Origin: Eledone cirrhosa
Lineage: Eukaryota
Assembly: GCA_964016885.1 (NCBI GenBank)
Contig: OZ024740.1
Location: 230,702,001-230,766,000 of the forward strand
Direction of reading: 5' to 3'
DNA: 64,000 nucleotides
Below are positions 26,101 through 35,346 of the stretch, piece by piece. The translations under genes were made by a program, and so were the position numbers. The stretch's first letter is position 1; every line of letters starts with the position of its first letter. The notes beneath the pieces were generated by a model. It saw nothing but the letters and a program-made list of their open reading frames with translations, was not told the DNA's origin and did not search any database.

Positions 26101-29100
26101 TGATTACATTAGGAAGTGTGTTCAGCTGTAGAAGCCATGCCCAATGTGAAACATAGTAAGCAAGATAAGGTTGTTCCAACCCATCTGGTGTTGCACAACC
26201 CATTCAACCCATCAAACCCATCACGTAGAAAGCAGATGTAAAATGATGATGATGATGATGATGAAATCAGATATTAGCAAACACCAAGTGGGTTTCTCAA
26301 TGAAAATTTCTTAAACATTTAGAAATTAGGTCTTTAAACCTACAAACTTTGAGTAACCCCTTAGTCACACACGATTCAAGAGAAATTCATCAGTGACACC
26401 ATAATAGAATGCATCTTGTACACTCTGGATAGTGATTAACTTTCAAATGGAGATAACATAGGGTTATAGGAAGGCTTTTAGCCCTGCTGTGGATATATCA
26501 AGCCCCATAAGAGTGGTATCACATTAAATCACCCTGTACACACTCTGGAAAGTGGTAGAGCTGGTGCCATGATAAAATTCACCCAGTACAATCTGGAAAA
26601 TGGTAGTGCTGGTTCCATGATAAAATGCACCCGATGCAATCTAGAAAGTAGTAGTTCTGGTGCCACGATAAAATGCATCCTGTACACTCTATAAAGTGGT
26701 AGTTCTGGTGCCATGATAAAATGCTCCCAATACACTCTATAAAATAGTTGGTTTAGGAGTTAGGAAAAGCTGTGGAAACCATGTCAAAAATGGAACATAT
26801 GAACAAACGTGGTTCTCAGACCTCTTTAGTCTAGTCTTGAACATTGACAACCCATCCAACCCATGCCAGCATGGAAAACGGACATAAAATGATGGATGAT
26901 GATGATGATGGTAATGATGATGATTGGAGGCTTAAAGAATTAATGGTCAGTCAATCATTCAGCTAGGATTGTCTTGTTGTCAGGTCTAAATTCAGAGAAG
27001 TATATCCTGTCCTGGAAGTACTGAAGAACTATTGGTCAAATGGCTGATTTAACCTCTTGAAGGTCATACACTAACGTAGGTAAGAGTGCACTTGATTCCT
27101 GCTGACTTGCTTGCTTAGTTTTAGAAAATAAAGACATAATGAGAAGGAGCCTCGATGCAGCTGGCTACCCATCACAACTAGAGCCAGTAGGCCTTGACCA
27201 TGGTGATGGTAAGTGCCCCAATGGAATTACCCTTTTCCCTTTCAAGGGAGGAAGGTCCCTCATCTGGGATGTGAGATGTTGTGACACATTCTCCACCTCC
27301 AACGTAGTCACCTCAGCCACAAACCCAAGTATCGCTGCTCACAATGCAGAGGACAGGAAACAAGCAAATACTGGAGCTTGTCTGGCTGCTGCCTCTTTGT
27401 ACCAATCACTGTTGAGACCTCAGGCATCCTCGGACCCCAGACAGCTGACCTTCTTTGTAAAATTGGATCAATAGCAGCCCATCTGAAGAAGGAGCCCTGA
27501 AGGGAGGTTGGCTGTTGTAGCATGTATTGCTGGCCATTGTCTGCAGAAATACCTTTGCCATTCTGTTCACAGGGCACAGCTGAAACACCGGTCTGACCTA
27601 GGTGTAGAGTCTGTCACCCTCTCCCCTTCCTCCTTTCTTTCTTCCTTTGTTTAGTAGTCCTTGCTCTTTCCCTCCATTTCTTCTCATTTATGGCATTTAT
27701 AGTCCTTTTCAATGCTGCTTTCTTTTTCTGTATTTTTAACCAAATAAAAACTTTTAGATTTTGAGGATTATTGTTTAAAATCATTGAATTTCTTTTCAAA
27801 TCACTACAATACCCTATATAGTGTTTGAGCTGTCTCTGCTATTGTTTCTAAATAGGAAGTTGTCATAATTACATCAATATATATTTTCTATTAACCCTAT
27901 GGTAACCATATTTCTAATGAAATACAGTTTCTATTTCAATAAATTTTAGGGGATTTACTAAAATCATTAATTATTTCATTACTAAGATAGTAACTTAATA
28001 TATGGTTCTTATATAAAATTATGTTAGAAGATATTTTAATTTAAATAGGAATCCTTTAAAATGGGTGGTTTTGTTTCATAGAACCAGAGCTAGTTTTAAC
28101 TGGGTTGGTGGTATGATATACTTATATTTAGAAATTTTTTAAAAAAATATCTTGACTGATATATGCCCCCACTCCCTATCATTGGTAACACATGAAAAGT
28201 TTCATTCAATTCTGTAGCAATATTTGATGAAGACAAGTTTCAGGTGCTTTATTAGGCTCAATCTACAGTCTATTTCAGTAAAAGTAGCTTAAAACAGAAA
28301 ACCATTCCTACTTTTATAAGAAAGTTAGACCATCTGTGCACCCTCAGTTTATTAGCAAATTCAGCATATCATTTGCTCTTTTGCTCCCTACAGTTATTAG
28401 ACTGTGGCCATGCTGGGGCACCACCTTGTATGGATTTAGTCAGTCATATTGACCTCAGTACTTATTTTTGTTCAAGTCTGGTACTTATTTTATCAATTTC
28501 TTTTTTACTGGACTGCTAAGTTGTGAGACATAAACACAGACACAAACACATGTACACACGCACACACAAACACACATATATATATATCTCATAATCATTG
28601 TGTAATGTCTGTTTTCTATGCTTGCATGGGTTAGACCTATATATCCAAATCCCCATTGCCATCACCCTTATTTTAACAACCGTTTTGTCATGCTTTGTCA
28701 TGCTTGCAGGTCTTTTCTAGCCCTATATGACATTCATCATCATAATTCTTTATCTCTTTCATGTTCAGCTTCTTCAGGTCAGATGTCATCCTATTGTTCC
28801 ATAGGTTTCCTAGGTTTTCTTTCACAGGTTCCAGCCATTTTAGTTGCTTGGCACTTTATATAACTGGTATCTTCCATCTATATTGCATCGCTACACCTGT
28901 GCAGACCTCTCTCCTAGCCACTGCATCTGATACCCCTTCTATATTAAATACAGCTTTTTTACCTAAACTCATTTATACTTCCTTGCACATCTAGCAGAGC
29001 ATGCTTGCTTCATTTCTCTTCAGCCATTGCAAATCTTCTACAATCATTGCACATATTTCATTACCATGCAATATTGCACATCTTACACACGTGTTATACA

Positions 29101-30145
29101 GTCTGCCTTCACCCCTTTCATTCTGAGAGAGAAGCCCTTTGTTACCAGCAGGGGTAACAACTCCCCCCCCCCACCCCACCACCACCACCCCCACCCAGCC
29201 ACACACAGATTCTTTTAATCCTAGCTGCTATGCATCCGTACATCCAATGTTGCTGCTAATCAGAGCATCTAGGTATCAAAAGCTATCAACTACTTCTTGT
29301 AAGCCTTTCAAGCATCTGAGTGGATTTATTTTGCATGTATTCTTACTGCTAACTATTACTGTGCATGTCACTAGCACATCTGTGTATGTGTCAACCTACC
29401 TCTGACCACTACTACATCCCTAGTGCATTCAGAAGTTACATTAAAGTACACTGTTTAGAATTTCTATCCCTTTTTTTCATAACAAGTACTGTAATTTCTT
29501 TGGTGGTAGCAGAGTCATTGTTTACCTACTTAACTAAAACTTGAGTTTTTACTAAATTTACTTTGGGGGCCTTTAAATTCCAGGTTTTGCTTCCATGTCC
29601 GGAATTTCTTATCCAGATCTTCAGATTCTGTTATATACATAGATCTGGATATAGAGATGCACATATACATATGAAACCACACATCACCCACGTGCAATAC
29701 GTATACAGACATGCATATGTATATCCGGATAAATATACATATCTATATACATTAATTTATAACATATATATATATATATATATATATTCAATATAGAAAT
29801 GGTTTCTACAGGACTAGAACTGTTTCATTCGGGAGAAATCATCAGGAAGCCCATATTAAATATTTGTACTCTGCTATTTATTGAGTACCTTACTTACTGT
29901 GGTTACCCCCGATTGAACACAGGATAAACTTGTATATATGTATATTGTTTTTATGTCTGCTTTTCCATGCTGACATAGGTTGGGTGAGATTTTCTTTAAG
30001 GCGGCTTTTCTACATTCCTTCAGATGATATATAATGTTGAGTTGGTTAGCTGCAGGGCATAAACAAATGTTACTGCTTATTTTAGAAAATGTCAATATGG
30101 AGGTAAATGGAGACACACACATACAGGAAGGCATACACAATATGC

Positions 30146-30197
<52 letters not shown>

Positions 30198-30502
30198 CAA
30201 TTAGTAATAAAGATAAAGTGAAAACTATATGGTGTGTGTGTATTTTTATTGGCAAAACTGGGAACATGACCATCCCTATATATAAATGCAAATAACCCTG
30301 TTATTGCTCCAATTAGCCTATTCACCCTCAGCAAATACCCTAAACTGAATGCCAATCTGTACCATGAGTCCTGCCAAACAAACTGTACTCACCCTTCAAT
30401 GTGATAAATTATAACATTATTTAAATATATCATTTCTGAAAAAATATTTCTTTTTGTTTCAGGAACAGGCAAAGAAAAGTAACTGGCCGCAAGTCACAGT
30501 GA
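2542..30502 (+). CDS. DOLPP1: Dolichyldiphosphatase 1 (PAP2 family), spliced and 5'-partial: exons 2542-2642, 7264-7354, 12105-12198, 13642-13734, 17731-17859, 25020-25109, 30463-30502
   Basis: Exons join in frame to (G)[140 protein letters not shown]...[56 protein letters not shown]2 motifs KxxxxxxRP, PSSH and SRxxxxxHxxxQ are intact, and the C-terminus matches DOLPP1 (IRDTSLIPNVLWFEY...ARNRQRK). The first coding exon is not in the window. Confidence 0.96.
2759..2977 (+). mobile_element. ~220-bp TTAA-flanked (piggyBac-type) MITE; further copies near 3530-3735, 10170-10525, 11520-11720-, 21020-21210, 27895-28110, 33105-33360-, 56800-56965-, 58325-58725, 59270-59520-, 59790-60090-
   Basis: TTAA|CCCTTTC...GAAAAAG|TTAA; shared body CATTTCTAATGAAATACAC...GATAGTAACTTAATGTAAGGTTC...CATAGAACCAG. 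Confidence 0.75.
7264..7354 (+). CDS. DOLPP1: DOLPP1 coding exon (3rd), PAP2 C1 motif
   Basis: ttaaag|GCATCATAT...TCACCAA|gtaagt; [30 protein letters not shown]. Confidence 0.92.
8075..8640 (+). mobile_element. LINE 3' fragments (RTE/RTEX-like), two tandem partial copies
   Basis: Decayed LYGNLP..T...AGHC.RSKQEV...LLWEP.HG...RGRP-like frame with an (ATG)n tail; homologous to 13810-14210. Confidence 0.65.
9007..9350. repeat. Local direct duplication of ~125 bp
   Basis: CATTTGAAAAGAGGGTAT...CCCTGAAATATTATGTTGAAATATACT...GCTTTCTGAAA...GTCATTTAT at ~9007 and ~9198. Confidence 0.75.
12105..12198 (+). CDS. DOLPP1: DOLPP1 coding exon (4th), PAP2 C2 motif
   Basis: atttag|ATCAAATT...TTATTTAG|gtaagt; [30 protein letters not shown]. 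Confidence 0.94.
12770..13032 (+). mobile_element. tRNA-derived SINE with a CORE-like segment (representative; others at 10985-11280-, 14660-15080-, 17925-18160, 21295-21525, 33375-33620, 39705-40115, 55720-55915-)
   Basis: A-box-like CTAGTGGTAAGG, B-box-like GATTCAATTTC, then (G)TTCTTGAGCAAxxCACTT and AACCCTGCxATGGACTGGCATCCTGTCCAG in family copies. Confidence 0.75.
13069..13212. mobile_element. hAT (Charlie-type) MITE
   Basis: TIRs CAGCAGTTCCTAACCT / AGGTTAGGAACTATTG; TSD TTATACAC / ATATACAC. Confidence 0.8.
13305..13490. repeat. (ACT/ACC)n trinucleotide low-complexity tract
   Basis: Mixed ACT/ACC/ATT repeats; source of the spurious Thr-rich ORF. Confidence 0.8.
13642..13734 (+). CDS. DOLPP1: DOLPP1 coding exon (5th)
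   Basis: tttcag|GCTTTATAG...ATTAGTCG|gtaagt; [30 protein letters not shown](R). Confidence 0.9.
13810..14210 (+). mobile_element. LINE 3' fragment (RTE/RTEX-like)
   Basis: Reads [28 protein letters not shown]... then [12 protein letters not shown]; (ATG)n tail. Confidence 0.7.
14326..14468. repeat. ~48-bp minisatellite, 3 copies
   Basis: AACTCCCT...GATGACATCTTT.TAGAGGACAGGAATATATGTC repeated three times. Confidence 0.85.
15185..15427 (-). mobile_element. R4/Dong-clade LINE 3' end (RLE C-terminus)
   Basis: Minus frame [25 protein letters not shown]...[18 protein letters not shown]; abuts (GATA)n. Confidence 0.75.
17165..17529. mobile_element. Tc1/mariner (pogo/Tigger-type) MITE
   Basis: TA|CAGTAGCCCCC...GGGGGTACACTG|TA imperfect TIRs with TA TSD. 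Confidence 0.7.
17731..17859 (+). CDS. DOLPP1: DOLPP1 coding exon (6th), PAP2 C3 motif, followed by a GC donor
   Basis: ctccag|AGTTTACTTAGG...GCAGCAAG|gcaagt; [42 protein letters not shown]. Confidence 0.92.
18600..19075 (+). mobile_element. CR1/L2/Jockey-group LINE 3' remnant
   Basis: Decayed ...[18 protein letters not shown]... C-terminal RT-ORF motif. Confidence 0.55.
21590..21990 (+). mobile_element. RTE-clade LINE 3' fragment (same family at 32530-32925-, 34100-34200-, 39020-39630, 52640-52960)
   Basis: [31 protein letters not shown]; ends GGAATAAGTGGG..AAGAAGAA. Confidence 0.75.
22352..22742 (+). mobile_element. tRNA-derived SINE (A/B boxes, central GCCTTTCATCCT..GGGGTCGATAAAATAAGTACCAG domain), interrupted by a LINE 3' end; many other copies
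   Basis: A box TGGCAGTATCGG, B box GGATTCAAATCC, tail TTGCTGGCCTTGTGCCAAAAGTAGAAAC(ATT)n. Confidence 0.8.
22488..22684 (-). mobile_element. LINE 3' end with (ATT)n tail inserted inside a SINE
   Basis: Splits the SINE at GATGAAATAAA|GTACCAGT; minus strand ends GTAGTGCACCTGAGCAC...(ATT)n. Confidence 0.55.
23572..24522 (-). mobile_element. 5'-truncated L1/Tx1-clade LINE with C-terminal CCHC knuckle
   Basis: ORF 24345-23830 contains [18 protein letters not shown]; 3' end AATAAAGAA; perfect 12-bp TSD TTAAATAATGAT (23560-23571, 24523-24534). Confidence 0.88.
25020..25109 (+). CDS. DOLPP1: DOLPP1 coding exon (7th)
   Basis: tttcag|TTTAATAGGTG...GAAGCCAG|gtaagg; [29 protein letters not shown]. Confidence 0.94.
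25215..25350 (+). mobile_element. Short interspersed repeat (also 28395-28540, partial at 13520 and 40430)
   Basis: GGCACyrCy..GGATTTAGTCA.TCATATTGACC.CAGTACTTATTTTT...TTATTTTATCA...CTGCTAAGTT shared between copies. Confidence 0.6.
25455..25597 (-). mobile_element. Octopus-type tRNA/CORE-like SINE (also 37790-37935, 38320-38410-, 15680-15790-)
   Basis: Minus: GCTGTGTGGTT...GGGATCAGTACCACTGTGCAACACCTTGGGCAAGTGTCTT...GAATTTGGTAGGCAGAAACTGA. Confidence 0.7.
26530..26745 (+). repeat. 48-bp tandem array forming the head of an RTE-tailed SINE (similar arrays at 25860-26100 and 40920-41180-)
   Basis: CTGGTGCCATGATAAAATGCACCCAGTACACTCT..AAAGTGGTAGT unit at 48-bp period. Confidence 0.8.
27127..27600 (+). 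mobile_element. CRE-clade non-LTR retrotransposon 3' fragment (restriction-like endonuclease), frameshifted
   Basis: [32 protein letters not shown] (decayed DGKRPDG...LxWD), then after a frameshift KYW...[14 protein letters not shown] and LAIVCRN. Confidence 0.8.
28595..29445 (-). mobile_element. RTE-clade LINE 3' fragment
   Basis: Minus: [17 protein letters not shown]...[12 protein letters not shown]; tail CCCATGCAAGCATAGAAAACAGAC; same family as 45661-47085 and 48081-49083. Confidence 0.75.
30463..30502 (+). CDS. DOLPP1: DOLPP1 last coding exon
   Basis: tttcag|GAACAGGCAAAGAAAAGTAACTGGCCGCAAGTCACAGTGA; [12 protein letters not shown]. Confidence 0.9.
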
Positions 30503-30756
30503 TAAGTTAAATGCAGATCTGCAAGTAACTTTGCCTACTTCTTCTAGCAGTCAGTTCACCGTTAGCTGAGGAAAGGCTGGGACATGTGGCTAGCAAATGA
30601 ATGGCTTAGCACACGAGACTGCTTCACAAGTCAACTGTTCAACTGTTCACAGACTGAGTGATTGGTTGACAGATATCAACTCCATAACAGATATACTGGA
30701 AGAAATAGAAAATTTCAATGCAAGAACTATGGAAAAATTATAATTTCAAATATATA

Positions 30757-30771
30757 AATAAAATGAATAAA
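30757..30771 (+). promoter_or_regulatory. Candidate DOLPP1 polyadenylation signals (two AATAAA)
   Basis: AATAAA at 30757 and 30766, ~255 nt after the stop; common in AT-rich DNA, so weak. Confidence 0.4.
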
Positions 30772-31313
30772 TATTAAGACTAAACATAAGAGAAGGTCTG
30801 GAAGAAATCATAACATTTCTATCAACAGAAGTTTTTATTATAATCACTGGTACTACAAGTGATATTGTGAGTGTATTTGTGCTTCGGTTTTGAATATGAC
30901 ATCTCTTAACAACAAATCGAAGACAAAGAGCAACACTGTCTTTTTATTCTAATTCTCTTCCAGTGATGTATGTTAATAATTTTATTGCATTTCTTTATTA
31001 TTTGTGATAAATTATCTGTTTTTATATGTGTTTTTTGTCGCTCTTACATTCTCATTATAGTTATTGTTGTTATTGTTGGCTATCCCTGATGAGAACTGCT
31101 TGACCAAGCAAATCCTATGCTACAGAGATAGCTGCTTAAACAAAGCATTCCTTTATACATCTCAACCTGTGGTCATCCTATTATTATTATTTTTATTTGC
31201 CTTTCATCCTTACTGAGGTCGATAAAATAAAGAACCAGTCACACACTGGGGTCGATATAATCGACTTTCCCCTCCCCTTCAAATTGTTGGCCTTGTGCCT
31301 AAAGTAGAAACAA

Positions 31314-31498
31314 TTATTATTATTATTGTGTTCTTCCTCAGGATTGATCTTAATTCCTGGATTAGTTAAGATAGTGGACCACATCCAGTGGTCTTAGTTA
31401 TCGTGATATTGTTCCCTTCTTTTTAGTTTATAGCCAATGCCTTTCGTATTATTCTAGCCGTTCTTAGTAAACAAGGTTTCTGTAACATTTCTACTGTA
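31314..31498 (-). mobile_element. R4/Dong-clade LINE extreme 3' end with (TAA)n tail
   Basis: Minus: TVEMLQKPCLLRTARIIRKALAIN*, followed by a short UTR and (AAT)n. Confidence 0.7.
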
Positions 31499-33760
31499 AG
31501 ATGAAATTACTACTACTACTACAACTGCTACTGCTGTTGATGCTTTATCCTAAGATTTAATACTTAAAACATATCCTATTTTAAAGAATTTGAGGGAGAT
31601 CTAGCTATTACATTCAGCAAATCAAGATGACTAGTTGGCTCATTGCCATTACATTTTCAGAAATAGATGGATAGTTACTGTCTTGTGGATGACTGCAATA
31701 AAATTAAGGGATTTCAGAAGAAAACAGAAATTGAATGCATCTCAAAAAATATAGGAGATATAAGATGTCTGCTGTTTTAGAGATAATTTTTATAGTTTGC
31801 TATTGTAAAGCTCCCTTTATTCCACTCCATGTTGGGATTAACCCTTTAGTATTTAAATTACTCTATATATATACTATTGTATTTTCACAGTAAAGGCTTT
31901 ATTTCATGTAATTATCTTGGATAATATTGAATCTATGAGATTTTGATATTATTTATTTTGAGAACAATACCTTAATATCAGTATGAGCAACTGGCTATAG
32001 CCAGTTTGAAGAGAAAGAGGTGAGAGAATGCAAAATGGTTAATTAAATGAAAAAACACTTTTATGAACAAATTGGGTGAAATAAACCAGCCATCATTTAT
32101 TTAACCCTTAACATCCTGTACCACATGAGCCTGCATTCGCATGACATTCTTTAAAAGTACAAAACAGCATTATGACAACATCACATTATAAACTGTATAT
32201 AGTCTTTACTCTAATACACAAAATCTTCACAACAATTTGTCCACTAATAAAGATACTACAAACATGAATTAACAAGCTAGTTTTTAGATATTTTTGGCTA
32301 AATTGTTACAGGGTGTTAATGTTTACTCTTTTTCTTATGGTTTGGCAGTATCGGTAGAGTGCCAGACACCATGCTTTGCAGTATAAAGTTATGGCCGTTT
32401 ATGTTCTGAGGTCAAATCCCGCCGAGGTTAGCTCTGCCTTTCATCCTGACTGTGTCGATAAAATAAAGCACCAGTAATGCATTGGGGTAATTGCTGGCCT
32501 TGTGCCAAAAGTTATTGTTTTTATTTTTCTTCTCTTTCTTCACCCCCTTATTCCTGGGAGGGTCATGGGGGCAGAGTCCTCAAACATACCTTCCAACAGG
32601 TCCTATTAGAAGCAACTGTCTCCAAACGAAACTAGCCAAACTCGTGGATATTATCTGACCGCCTTGCTCAGGGTTTACCTCTGGCTCTCTTGCCAGTTAG
32701 TTTTGCTATAAAATCTTTCCAGCAATTATTTCCTGGGATATTCTAACCACATATCCATAGTATCAGAGCTGTGATCTCTCAACAATTTGGAGAAGTAGTA
32801 TCTGGAACAACTCTCTGGTCTTTGAGTAATGTTACTCTAAAGACCCTTCGGAGGAGCCCCATTTTGGCCATTTGTATTTGCAATCATATTCTTTGAGTCA
32901 TTACCCAAGATTCATGACAATAGGTTTAATGTTCTCAGAACAGAATTAACTGGATGAGATAATAAATCAGTAACATCTTTATTTGATTATTGATTTTTAA
33001 CATCCTGTAATGATATAGCAAAAAATATCTAATTAAAATGTTTATAGTATCTTTACTAGCAGACAGATCATTGTGAGCATTTGCAGTAAACTAAAGAAAT
33101 TAATATTTAACATTCTTGTTACCAACCTGGCCAAACCCGGCTATGGTTCTAATGAAATACCAACCCCCCTTAATTTAAAGGGGTGGGGGCGTATTTCAAT
33201 TTAAATTAGAATATTCCAACATAATTTTATATAAGAACCTTACATTAAGTTACTACTTTAGTAATGAAATAATGAATAATTTTACTAAATCTCTCAAAAT
33301 TCTCCATTAATTAATTGAAACAGGGTGTATTTCATTAAAAATATGGCCATGAAAGGATTAAAGAAGAAAGCAGTGAAGGTACATATCATAGTGGTTAGGC
33401 ATTGGGCTCACAATCATGATGTCCTGGGTTCAAAACCCAGAATGGGCAGTGTGTTGTATTCTTGAGCAAAATACTTCATTTCATGTTGCTCCAGGCAACT
33501 CAGCTGAAAATGAGTACCAGCAATAGCTGGGGGTTTAACCCTGTCATGGTCTGGCATCCTGTCTATGGGGTATCTTGTACTTTCAGCCACTTAACACCAA
33601 TGGAACCAGAATAAGCTTATCCTGGTTCCATTGGTACTCTGAAACATTGACACACTTCTCTCTCCAAACAATAACTACAATTCACGAGAGTTAGGCTTAT
33701 ATAAGTGTGTGTGTATATATGCTATATATTCATTTTATTAAGGCTAGATAGTGAGTCTTC

Positions 33761-33800
<40 letters not shown>

Positions 33801-34035
33801 CAGCACAGATTAAAAGTTTAAGTGAATAATTTCTGTTTTCACTCTTAAATACATAAATAAGACCATTATTGCCCTAATTAGTCTGCAAACAACCTCAATC
33901 AAACACCAAACTGCTCTCATGACTCCTGCCAAGCTAAACCTCTCTCACCCTCCAAATTCAGCAAACCAAATGCAGACCATCCACCTTCCCAAACTCGGTA
34001 TATATAACCAGACCACAACAGCCACCAAATGGGGA

Positions 34036-34535
34036 ACTGAGATATATCAATCCATGAATTTTTTTAATATTAATATTTCAAAAAAATTATGATTAAATCT
34101 TCTTCACCCACTTATTCCTGAGAGGTTCATGAGGGAAGAATCCTCAAACACTCCTTCCAGCAGGTCCTGTCAGAAGCAACTATCTCCAACTGATCTGGTA
34201 AATATTGCCTTTAAAAAAAAAAAGACATAATGGAAACATCAAAATGTTTGATTGAGTTACAGCTATTTGTATAAAAAGACAATAAAAGAGATCTAATTAC
34301 ATGATTTAGTGAGATGGGAAGAACTAATGTGTGCCATGAAAAAATCTGCTTTTGAAATTAGGCGAATGTTTTCATGCTACCTCGTATGGAAAATTAACAC
34401 TTTTCCATATATGGTAACATGAAATGAATGCTTTCATGTGTTACTGTTATGTCTATATTTTTTTAAGGCACTATTTGCTTGTGTTTTTTTTTAAAGATAT
34501 TTATATCTTCATCCATGGATTGATACATCTCAGTT
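34036..34535. mobile_element. Decayed foldback/MITE-like element interrupted by an RTE 3' fragment
   Basis: AACTGAGATATATCAATCCATG (34036) inverted against CATGGATTGATACATCTCAGTT (to 34535); further inverted similarity 34200-34245 vs 34435-34480. Confidence 0.5.
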
Positions 34536-34589
34536 TATAGGTGAAAGCAGAAATGGATTGCTTAAACTAATAGTAAATATTTGCTCTAT

Positions 34590-34629
<40 letters not shown>

Positions 34630-35346
34630 CGAAGGAGTTGTGGTAAGGAACCAGATGGACCTCAGGGTAATAGAGTGGGTAATAGGAAAAAGTATGACCC
34701 CGACGGCAGAGCTCAAGCCATTTTGATGGCTATTTCAGTCCAGAAATAGCCGTCGAAACAGCTTGAGCTTTTTTCTATATATATATATATATATCTATAC
34801 ACACACACACACCTCTTATAGTGTTCTCTGGATTTTAGCTTTTGTATTTATTATTACTGATATATACATATATATGTGTCTGTGACATTGTCATTATTTT
34901 ACTTCTACTTTCCACACTTATAGGGGTTGGTCTAAGCAACCTCATCTTGCTCATACATTCCATATTTGACACAGTTTCTACCGGTGAATACCTTTTCTAA
35001 TATTAACATCTTACATTTTTGTGGTACCAGCACTACCACTTTATAGAGTACACAGGGTAGATTTTATCATGGTGCCAACACTAAAACTTTACAGGTTGTA
35101 CTCTGTGCATATTATTAGAGAGGCTGTCACGTGCTTGATTAGACTGAAGAGTCCTCTCAAATCCTACACAGGTTTACCTCAGCTTATGTCATTTCGAGTT
35201 AGTGTCTTTTTTAAATATTATATGGCAAAAATAAACCCCGTGTTATATCGATTGACCCAACTTTACATCAGTCTACCAAAAATATTAAACCATAAAAAAA
35301 ATTTTTTTAAATTACATTTAAATAAATGCTCAAATTTACAGCTTAA

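Noticed and set aside
26530-26745. ORFs and CRISPR-like periodicity in the 48-bp arrays (also 40-297, 25770-26096, 41035-41409)
   Set aside because: Tandem units with length divisible by 3 inside a SINE family; no spacers and no protein homology evident.
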